Shown here piece by piece: positions 40,509 through 48,232 of a DNA stretch of 64,000 bases. Below the pieces are notes generated by a model that did no database searches, was not told where the DNA came from, and worked only from the letters and a program-made list of their open reading frames with translations. Made by a program: the position numbers and the translations under genes. This DNA is from Bradymonadia bacterium (GTDB lineage: Bacteria; Myxococcota_A; Bradymonadia; UBA7976; UBA1532), in NCBI GenBank assembly GCA_046290225.1, contig JBKAGE010000079.1:216861-280860 (forward strand), written 5' to 3'. Every line of letters begins with the position of its first letter. The stretch's first letter is position 1.

Positions 40509-41975
40509 TCACCCGCCCGGGGCCGGGGTCATCTGAAGCAACTGCTCGAGGCTCTTCGGGTCTTGGGCCACCCGCATGGCCTCGTCGAGATCCACCATGC
40601 CCGTGGCCACCATCTCCGCCAGCGAGACGTCGAAGGGCAGCATGCCTTCCTGACGGCCTGTCTGTAGCTGGCTGACCATGAGGTGGGTCTTGCCCTCGCG
40701 GATCAGGTTCGAGATGGCGTAGTTCACCCGCATCATCTCCACCACCGGCAGCCGGCGCCGGCCGTCGGCAGAGGGCACCAGACGTTGAGTGATCACCGCT
40801 CGGAGGACCTCGGCGATCTGGGTGCGGGCCTGCCCCTGCTGTGACTCCGGGAAGGCATTCACCATGCGCTCCACGGCCTGGTAGGCGCTGCCGGAGTGCA
40901 GGGTGGAGAGCACGAGGTGGCCGGTCTCTGCCGCGGTGAGCGCCGCTGACATGGTGCTCAGATCACGCATTTCGCCGAGGAGGATGATGTCGGGGGCTTC
41001 GCGCAGCGCTGAGCGCAGGCCGTGGGCGTATGACTTCACGTGAATGCCCAGCTCGCGTTGCTGGATCAGGCTGCGCTTGCCCTTGAAGCGATACTCGATC
41101 GGATCTTCGAGGGTGATGATGTGCTTGGGGTAGCGCTGGTTGATGTGCTCTACCAGAGCCGCCAGCGTGGTGGACTTGCCGGAGCCCGTGGGGCCACAGA
41201 CCAGGATCAAGCCGTGGGGGAGCTCGGTGAGCACCGGCACGTCCCGGGGGATGTTGAGCCGCCTGAAGTCGGGCACCACGTCCCAGATCCAGCGAAAGAC
41301 CGCGGAGATGCCCCGGAGCTGCTTGAAGACGTTCACGCGGAAGCGGCAGGCCTTGCGCGTGATGCGCGAGTTGAACTCGAGGGCGAGATCGACGCTGCCG
41401 GTCTCGTCGAAGGTGGCCCTGCGCTCTGGAGTGAAGGCGTCTTTGAGCAGCTGCATCAAATCCTGCTCTTCGAAGATCACCTCGGGTACGGGGATCATCT
41501 TGCCCATGATGCGCAACGTCGTGGACTCACCAGCGGCGATCACCACGTCGGAGGCCCCTTGCTCTACGGATTGCTCGAGCAGTTGATGCAGCGAGATCCC
41601 CCGGCGGTCCGATACAGGCTTCGGGGTGGCCACCTTGGGGGGCGGCGTGGCGTTCCGGCTCTCCTTCGAAGGTCGGACCACCACCGACCAGCCCTCTCGG
41701 CTACGTTGAATCTGCACCGTGAAGCGACCCATGTGGGGCACGCGGTAGCTGACCTTGAGCTCACCGGTCTTCTTGAGCAGTTGCCATTGACGATCGTCGC
41801 CGAGCAGGCACTCCAGGACCGCTTGCAGATCGTCTGATTCCAGGGCGGGCTCGGAGAGCGGTCGGAACCGGTTGCCGATGAACAGGGCAGGGGGCTGGAG
41901 GGTTTGGAGCAGCAGCGAGGAGGCCTGCTGGTCCAGCATGAGGCGCATCAGATTGTGCAGTCGCTCAGGGTACAC
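40509..41975 (-). CDS. pilT: PilT/PilU-family type IV pilus ATPase with duplicated N-terminal domain
   Basis: GPTGSGKSTT, ITLEDPIE, LREAPD, GEMRD, AAETGHLV, AISNLIRE. Confidence 0.88.
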   Translation of the reverse strand: MYPERLHNLMRLMLDQQASSLLLQTLQPPALFIGNRFRPLSEPALESDDLQAVLECLLGDDRQWQLLKKTGELKVSYRVPHMGRFTVQIQRSREGWSVVVRPSKESRNATPPPKVATPKPVSDRRGISLHQLLEQSVEQGASDVVIAAGESTTLRIMGKMIPVPEVIFEEQDLMQLLKDAFTPERRATFDETGSVDLALEFNSRITRKACRFRVNVFKQLRGISAVFRWIWDVVPDFRRLNIPRDVPVLTELPHGLILVCGPTGSGKSTTLAALVEHINQRYPKHIITLEDPIEYRFKGKRSLIQQRELGIHVKSYAHGLRSALREAPDIILLGEMRDLSTMSAALTAAETGHLVLSTLHSGSAYQAVERMVNAFPESQQGQARTQIAEVLRAVITQRLVPSADGRRRLPVVEMMRVNYAISNLIREGKTHLMVSQLQTGRQEGMLPFDVSLAEMVATGMVDLDEAMRVAQDPKSLEQLLQMTPAPGG

Positions 41976-42060
41976 CGTGAACTCACTTGGGCCCCTGGAC
42001 AGTGGGGCGCTCGACTCGGGGCTCGCCGGCGATCACCCTCGACTGCGCGAAGGCCGAGGC

Positions 42061-43236
42061 TCAGCCGCAGCCGCCACAGCCTCCACCACACGAAGAGCCG
42101 CAGGACGAGCCGCAGGACGAGCCACAGGAGGAGCCACAGGACGAGCCACAAGAAGACCCGCTGTCGCCAGCATCGAAATCGCTCCCTCCTGCGTCTACCG
42201 TATCCGACCAGCCGCCAGAAGACACTTCCTCAATGACGGGATCTGCAGCAGCGGGCTCGCTGATGGCGGCGTCTACGGCGAGATCATCGCCGTCGAAGCT
42301 CACGGCGTCGTTGCCCACCCAGCCATCATCAGCATGGGCCGTGGCTTGATCAGCGGTAAAGAGGGCCTCGCCTGCAGGGTCGACCACCATCACGTCCGGG
42401 GTGTGCAAGGCCGCCACATGGCTGTGCACCATGGCGTCGACGAGCACGTAGTTCATGTACATGTAGTAGGGGTCGCTGTAGTAGTAGAAGAAAGGGTCCG
42501 CGTAGGCCCCGGAGCGCGCCCTGCTGGGCACCGGGCGGTATGCGGGCTTCGGGGCGTCGTCGCTGAAATCGAGCTTCCTGAAGCGGCCGATCTCGGTGGC
42601 GTCGGGGCGGATCACCTTGATGCCCGCCTCCTGAGACTTCACCACTGCACCTGGCACTTTCTTGCGGATTGCCTCTCCGAGGGTGCTCGTGAACTCCTCG
42701 AGAATCAGTCGGTAACCCGAGAGGGCGCCATCTTCCTTGGCGAAGGCCTTGACCCGATCAGCGTAGGCCTTGGCCGACTCGCCGGCCTGAATGCGCAGGC
42801 TCTCCACGCGGGCTGAGCACTTGATCTCCATCTCCGCTTCACCGAGGAGCACCTCGTTCTGAATGCACACGTCGATGATGACGTGCAGGCCGTTCACCGA
42901 GTGATCCAGGGCGAGGTGCATTTCTTTGAAGGCCCGATCTGCGAGCTGAGTGTGCTCGGCGGCCTCCAGAATGAGGGGCAGATCGTTGTCGACGTCATCG
43001 GTGTCGAGGTAGATGACTTTCTTGTCAGCGAGCAGCGAGATCGCGTTGTTGCAACCCACAGCGGCAAAGGCGTTCGCCAACCCTTCGAGCAGGGCGAGGG
43101 CACCGATGGTGAGGGCCTCCTTGCCACTGCGCAGGTCGAGCTCGGCGCCGAAGAGCGAGCGTACCCACTCAATGGGGCCCTTTCGGCGGAGGGTCTCTTC
43201 ACTGGGCAGATCGACGGTGAGGGCAGCGTGCAGCAT
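42061..43236 (-). CDS. 391-aa protein with a C-terminal (GSSC)6-GGGC-GGCG tail; putative MNIO substrate
   Basis: The 8-Cys low-complexity tail resembles the ends of TIGR04222-type proteins; last gene of the DUF692 operon. Confidence 0.85.
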   Translation of the reverse strand: MLHAALTVDLPSEETLRRKGPIEWVRSLFGAELDLRSGKEALTIGALALLEGLANAFAAVGCNNAISLLADKKVIYLDTDDVDNDLPLILEAAEHTQLADRAFKEMHLALDHSVNGLHVIIDVCIQNEVLLGEAEMEIKCSARVESLRIQAGESAKAYADRVKAFAKEDGALSGYRLILEEFTSTLGEAIRKKVPGAVVKSQEAGIKVIRPDATEIGRFRKLDFSDDAPKPAYRPVPSRARSGAYADPFFYYYSDPYYMYMNYVLVDAMVHSHVAALHTPDVMVVDPAGEALFTADQATAHADDGWVGNDAVSFDGDDLAVDAAISEPAAADPVIEEVSSGGWSDTVDAGGSDFDAGDSGSSCGSSCGSSCGSSCGSSCGSSCGGGCGGCG

Positions 43237-43249
43237 CAGTTCTGACCTT

Positions 43250-43984
43250 TCATTTCAGGCTCTGTTGGCGTTGGCGAACGGTGGAATGGAGCGCAGCGAT
43301 TTGGTTGCCGGCGGTGCGCAGACGGCCCACGGCCACTGGATCTTCAGGGTTGGATCTGACGGCTCTGATCGCCGCGTCGAGCTCGCGGCGGAGTGGGTCG
43401 GCCTGTGACATCAGCTCAGTGGCCGATTCCGGCAGTCGCTCGACATCGATGATCAAGTCTGCGAACTGGCCTTCAGCCTCGTCGATGAGGGCCGTGGCAT
43501 CACGCTCATGGCCCAGTCGCCGCCGGCGATGCACGATCGCCAGCAGCCCGACGAGGGCCACAGCACCTCCAGACAGGCCGATGACCAGACTCATGGGTGT
43601 CTCTCCTGCTTTGTCCCGAGCCTTGGCGAGGGCGTCGAGGGCTCCGGTGATTTTGAGGGCGTAGTGCCCTGTGATCGAGCGCGCCTCGAGGAGCACGTCG
43701 GTGATGCGCTCAGGTTCGAGCCCCCAGCCTACGGCCCGCCAAGCCTCACCATTGAACACCAGCAGCAGGTGAGACTCGGCGTCGAGGCCGAGGGCTGGCC
43801 AGACTGCAGATGATGCGCTCAAGGGCGCCCCTCGGGCGACGACCAGCACATAGGCCCGCAGGCCACGTGATCTCAACGTCGAGAGGGCCTCGCGGATCAT
43901 GCGACGGCCCCCGGCCTTGAGCAGGCCCCCGCGATCGAGCAGGGGATCTGCACGGAGCGCTTCGGCGATCTGTGCTGGGGTCAT
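43250..43984 (-). CDS. Single-pass membrane protein, TPM-domain-like N-region plus helical C-region
   Basis: LLDRGGLL...AYVLVV...WPALGL...LLLVF pattern and a TM helix followed by RRRR; ATGA overlap with the DUF692 stop. Confidence 0.7.
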   Translation of the reverse strand: MTPAQIAEALRADPLLDRGGLLKAGGRRMIREALSTLRSRGLRAYVLVVARGAPLSASSAVWPALGLDAESHLLLVFNGEAWRAVGWGLEPERITDVLLEARSITGHYALKITGALDALAKARDKAGETPMSLVIGLSGGAVALVGLLAIVHRRRRLGHERDATALIDEAEGQFADLIIDVERLPESATELMSQADPLRRELDAAIRAVRSNPEDPVAVGRLRTAGNQIAALHSTVRQRQQSLK

Positions 43985-44853
43985 GGGCGGGCCTCGGCGT
44001 CTTCGTCTGCATGAAGCTGAAGCCACAGGCCCTCGGCTCTGGCGGCTTCGTCGATGAGTACGTCCACCGTCGGATAATGATCATCTCGCTCGATGATGAT
44101 GGTCATGAGGGGTGCACGACGGGCCAGGACCTTCAGCAAATCGTAGCTCTCGTCGGCGACTTCGACAGTGTGGCTGTCCACCCACCAGCCGTCGGCGCTC
44201 TGAAAGCCCCCTGCGAGGTGCACCTGCCACACCGCGTGCAGTGGGAAGCTGTGCAGATGGGCCTCGGCGTCGTAGCCGAAGTTGCGGCTGTTGTAGAGCA
44301 CGTTGGTGAGATCCATCAGCAGTCCACAGCCAGTCTGCTCCACCAATCGGTGGGCGAACTCGCCCTCGGAGAGGGTGGAGCCTGGGAGGACGAAGGGTTG
44401 GGCAGTGATCTCCAGAGCCACGGGGGCCTGAACGCGATCTTGAAGATGCTTCACCCGGTCGGAGACCACGCTCAGGCCCGTCTCGGTGAGGGGGACCGGT
44501 CCGAGGTGTCCGAGATCACGCCCTGGGGCGCTCACTGTGGTGGCAAGATGGTCGCTCACCAGACGGGGGGCACTGCGGCGAGCGAGGCGGGCCATGGCGT
44601 CGACCCGCTCGGCCAGCGCGGCGCCACCAGGGCCTTCGAGGGGGGTGCCCATACTCAGCCCCACGCCGTGAAACACCAGGGGGAACTGCTCAGCGAGGGC
44701 GTCGAGCGCATCAGGATCACCATGAAAGTGCTCGGGGATGATCTCCAGCACTTCACAGCCTGGCCCCGGCCCCCGATGAAGCAGCGGGCGCCGATATCGC
44801 CTGCGGAAGCCGACACCAGCACCGAGCCAGACCCCCGCGCCCTCACGCTTCAT
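43981..44853 (-). CDS. DUF692 / multinuclear non-heme iron oxidative enzyme (MNIO; MbnB/TglH/ChrH family)
   Basis: GVGFR, LEIIPEH, HGVGLSMG, VSDHL, LLMDLTNV, VHLAGG, VDSH, IIERD. Confidence 0.93.
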   Translation of the reverse strand: MKREGAGVWLGAGVGFRRRYRRPLLHRGPGPGCEVLEIIPEHFHGDPDALDALAEQFPLVFHGVGLSMGTPLEGPGGAALAERVDAMARLARRSAPRLVSDHLATTVSAPGRDLGHLGPVPLTETGLSVVSDRVKHLQDRVQAPVALEITAQPFVLPGSTLSEGEFAHRLVEQTGCGLLMDLTNVLYNSRNFGYDAEAHLHSFPLHAVWQVHLAGGFQSADGWWVDSHTVEVADESYDLLKVLARRAPLMTIIIERDDHYPTVDVLIDEAARAEGLWLQLHADEDAEARP

Positions 44854-45457
44854 GCCGGCCTCCGAGCGATTGCCACTGCACACGACCGCCGAGGCAGCGG
44901 AAGGCCGTGCGTACAGGCTGAGGATCCACGGGGAGCTCGCCCGATCTCAACGCAGTGACGAGCAGATCTGCGCGATGATCACAGGTAAACGTGCGGGTCG
45001 CGCCGTCCTCGATGCTCGCTGCGACATAGAGCTCGTAGACCAGGACGTCGGGGGCATAGGGGGCCACGGGACCATCTACGGCGATGATGGCGCGCAGGTG
45101 ATCTTTGAGATGCGCCAGCGCCCGTATCCCCTCGGCGATGCCCGGGCTCTGAATCAGATCTCCGGGTGGAGCAGGGTGTTCGTCGAGCCAGCGGCGATAG
45201 ACCTCTACGAGATCAGGGGCGAGTTTGAGGGTGAGCGGGATCGCCCGAGACAGCTCGAGGGCCCGCTTGGCCACGAGAGACTGAGCATATCGTTCGAGAT
45301 CGACGAAGGGCAGCTCGACGAGGGGCGCAGCCCCAGGCATCCACGGCGCCAGGGCCTCTCTCGGGTGAGTGCGAAAGCGGCGGCGGAGCGGGCCGTCTGT
45401 GGCCAGTTCGACCCATGCTGCCTGAAACTGGATGTAGTGGGAGGTGTCGGCGCTCAC
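44843..45457 (-). CDS. Putative MNIO partner protein (DUF2063/RRE-like)
   Basis: Overlaps the DUF692 start; the YAQSLVAKR...AIPLT...YE helical pattern resembles MNIO partner proteins. The family call is inference. Confidence 0.65.
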   Translation of the reverse strand: MSADTSHYIQFQAAWVELATDGPLRRRFRTHPREALAPWMPGAAPLVELPFVDLERYAQSLVAKRALELSRAIPLTLKLAPDLVEVYRRWLDEHPAPPGDLIQSPGIAEGIRALAHLKDHLRAIIAVDGPVAPYAPDVLVYELYVAASIEDGATRTFTCDHRADLLVTALRSGELPVDPQPVRTAFRCLGGRVQWQSLGGRHEA

Positions 45458-45534
45458 GGCGCCAATATTTCACGAATGGGTCAGAGGCCGGAGAAAAAAG
45501 CGTCTCGAGCGGGCCTCTCAGGTCCAGTCTGGGC

Positions 45535-46746
45535 CTAGACCGCGTTGATTTGCTCCGCCCAGCCGAGAGACTCCTGATACATCTCCGGCAGGCGTTTCTC
45601 CTGGAGGCCGAGGCGGTTGCTCACAGCACAGGCCTTGTCCCATTCGCCCTCGGCATAGTGCTGGCAGAGCGCCAGGGCATGACCCATGGGGTTGTTGCGG
45701 AAGACCAGCGCGTCGTGCACGTCCTGGGCGAGGCCCAGGCTGCCGATGAGCTCGTCCATGGGTCGATTCACCATGGCGTCCATCACGGAGAACAGCCCCA
45801 CGAGGAACAAGTCGAAGGTTCTGGGCTTGAGGCTGCTGCTCTCGGCGATGAGCTCGCACATCCGGGCCCGCTGCAGGGCGGTGAGGACCAGCTCTGGTGG
45901 CTTGTCCTCGCCGATGCCGGTGAGGGCCACCAGCGAGGCCCATTTCTTCAGGGGCTGATGCCCCAGCAAGACCAGACCCTGGCGGATCGAAGAGACGCGC
46001 TGTCGCAAGCCGAAGGCTGCAGAGTTCAGGTATTTGAGCAGCTTCACCGAGAGCGAGGGCTCGAGGCGGATGATCTCCGCCACCTGATTGAAGTTGATGT
46101 CGGGCTTGTTGAGCACGCTGAGCAGCTTGAGGTAGTTCCCCTTGAAGGCGGGGATCGACTGCCGGGAAATCATCTCCGGGCGGCAGAAGAAGTACCCTTG
46201 GAACATCGAGTAGCCTGCCTGGTAGGCCTCTCGAAAGTCATCGACGGTCTCCACCTTCTCTGCGAGCAGAGTGATCTTCTGCCGTTGAAGCTGCCGTGCG
46301 ATGCGCACTCGATCTCGCCCCTGGGTGGTGAGGAAGTCGATCTTGATGATGTCCGCGAGCTCGATGAAGGGCTTGAGCGACGGTCGGTAGACGAAGTCGT
46401 CCAGGGCGATCTTGTAGCCCGCCTGCTTGAGCCCCTTGATGGCCCTGAGCAGCTCAGGATCCGGCTCGACGTCTTCGAGGATCTCCACCACGGTGTTCGC
46501 TGGGGGAAGCATCTCGATCATGCCATCGACCAGAATGCGGCGCGTGGTGTTGATGAAGGCCCGTCGACCGTTGGTGACACCATCCTCGAACACGTGCAGC
46601 TGGTCGCTGATGATCCGCGAGCAGGCGATGTCGGGATCCTGACTCAAATCGAAGAAATTCTCAGGACCCGATCTGAACAGCAGCTCGTACGCGACGACGC
46701 TGCGTTTACGGTCGAAAATCGGTTGTCTGGCGACGAACACTTCCAC
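45535..46746 (-). CDS. EAL-HDOD domain c-di-GMP protein (YuxH/CdgJ-like)
   Basis: VARQPI, YELLFR, IALDDF, AEKVET, QGYFF, LLKYLNS, GLFS. Confidence 0.92.
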   Translation of the reverse strand: MEVFVARQPIFDRKRSVVAYELLFRSGPENFFDLSQDPDIACSRIISDQLHVFEDGVTNGRRAFINTTRRILVDGMIEMLPPANTVVEILEDVEPDPELLRAIKGLKQAGYKIALDDFVYRPSLKPFIELADIIKIDFLTTQGRDRVRIARQLQRQKITLLAEKVETVDDFREAYQAGYSMFQGYFFCRPEMISRQSIPAFKGNYLKLLSVLNKPDINFNQVAEIIRLEPSLSVKLLKYLNSAAFGLRQRVSSIRQGLVLLGHQPLKKWASLVALTGIGEDKPPELVLTALQRARMCELIAESSSLKPRTFDLFLVGLFSVMDAMVNRPMDELIGSLGLAQDVHDALVFRNNPMGHALALCQHYAEGEWDKACAVSNRLGLQEKRLPEMYQESLGWAEQINAV

Positions 46747-46831
46747 AAGCCCACTCCGCGGGGTGCGACACTTCCCTCAACGTTTTTCATCGACGTGTTG
46801 GCAGGAGATCTGCAGAGGGGGGTCGATGAGA

Positions 46832-48220
46832 TTACGTGTTCAGATGTGACACGAATGCGATGAGCATGAGGTGGGCCGTGGCGGGCATTTGATCGAGGGC
46901 GTGCAGGGCCTCCGGTCGCCACGACGGGCCCAAGGTGGCAAGGTCGGCGCCAAGGGCGCTCGCCTGAGGGGCGACGTAGACCAGGCGGCCTGCGCCGAGG
47001 GCCTGAAGCGGGCCCATCAGCTCAGCACCAAAGGGTGATCTCATCCCGTGAATCACCACCTTGTCGAATCGCTCGCCCTTGCTGAGCAGTCGACGGATCG
47101 TCCGGGCACCGTCGCCCACTCGGAACACCAGCCTCGAAGGGTCAAGGCCGCACGCCGCGCCATTGCGCTGAGCACTCAGGATGGCCGCGCGGGTGTGATC
47201 CACCCCCACCCAGTGTCGGGCCTGAGTCGCCAGGGCCACACTGTGCGTGCCCACCCCGCACCCGATCTCCAACACGCGATCAGTGGGGGCAAGGTCGAGC
47301 CCCGTGCGTACGATGTCGAGCAGCGCTCGAGTGCTGCCCGGGCTCTGAGGCGTCCAGGCGAGGGGGGCTGCTTCGAGGGTCTGGCCGCCGGGGCCCTCGA
47401 AGTAGAGCGTCTCGGGCCCTCTCAAGTGCTCGGGGGCGCGGAGCAGTCCTCCACCTCGGCGAGGGAGCACATCGAGCCATATGCCCGGGAGATCCGTCTC
47501 GCCCTCGAACAGGCGATGGACCGGCTCATCCGCGGAGGGTGGCCGGCTCAACGCGAAGATGAGGCGTCCGGGCCCGAGGCCTGTGTGCTCGGCGTGCACA
47601 GCCTTGACGAGCCCGGTGTCCAGTCGGGGATCGTAGGCGGTGAGCCCCAGAGCCTCGATGGCTCGCCCTGCTCGGGCGATCAGCGCGCGACAGTCTGTTG
47701 TGTGGGCAGGGCACTCGCTCAGCGGAATCAACGCCCCGCCAGGGTGGGGCACCATCCCCAGGACCACTTTGCCCTTGGGTGTGCGCAAGGCCCGCGCCAC
47801 GGCTCTGCTGCGATAGCCCGCAGCGTCGATGGGCCGATGTGTGTTGAGAGAGGGCCACTGGGTGTCCGGGCATCGGCTCTCGAGTCGCCTCAGGGCCTGT
47901 TGGGCTTTGAAGCCGAATGCCCGGTCCGCATGGAGGTGCCGGGTGACGCAGCCAGGGCAGGTCTGGGCACGCTCACATTGAGGATCACGATGCGTCACAG
48001 CCCGATGGCGCCAGCGGTGCACGTGGCCGAGGCATCCACCACCTGTGGGGTAAACCGCGATATCGACGACATCGCCTACGTCGGTGAGGGGGATCTCGAT
48101 GAGGGCGCCGTCGAAGGGGTCGAGCCAGGGCGCTCGGGGCCAGCGGCCATGAATGCGGCCGAGACCATGGCCTCGAGGGCTCAGGGCCTCAATGGTGATC
48201 TCGGTGTAGGCGGGGAGGAT
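46832..48220 (-). CDS. RlmD/TrmA-like RNA methyltransferase homolog, degenerate; start uncertain
   Basis: In-frame TRAM-like segment upstream of GTG 48022, CxxxxxCPGC...C, YRSR and SAM motif LEIGCGVG; catalytic motifs altered. Confidence 0.75.
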   Translation of the reverse strand: MLPAYTEITIEALSPRGHGLGRIHGRWPRAPWLDPFDGALIEIPLTDVGDVVDIAVYPTGGGCLGHVHRWRHRAVTHRDPQCERAQTCPGCVTRHLHADRAFGFKAQQALRRLESRCPDTQWPSLNTHRPIDAAGYRSRAVARALRTPKGKVVLGMVPHPGGALIPLSECPAHTTDCRALIARAGRAIEALGLTAYDPRLDTGLVKAVHAEHTGLGPGRLIFALSRPPSADEPVHRLFEGETDLPGIWLDVLPRRGGGLLRAPEHLRGPETLYFEGPGGQTLEAAPLAWTPQSPGSTRALLDIVRTGLDLAPTDRVLEIGCGVGTHSVALATQARHWVGVDHTRAAILSAQRNGAACGLDPSRLVFRVGDGARTIRRLLSKGERFDKVVIHGMRSPFGAELMGPLQALGAGRLVYVAPQASALGADLATLGPSWRPEALHALDQMPATAHLMLIAFVSHLNT

Positions 48221-48232
48221 GGCGGTGGGTGA

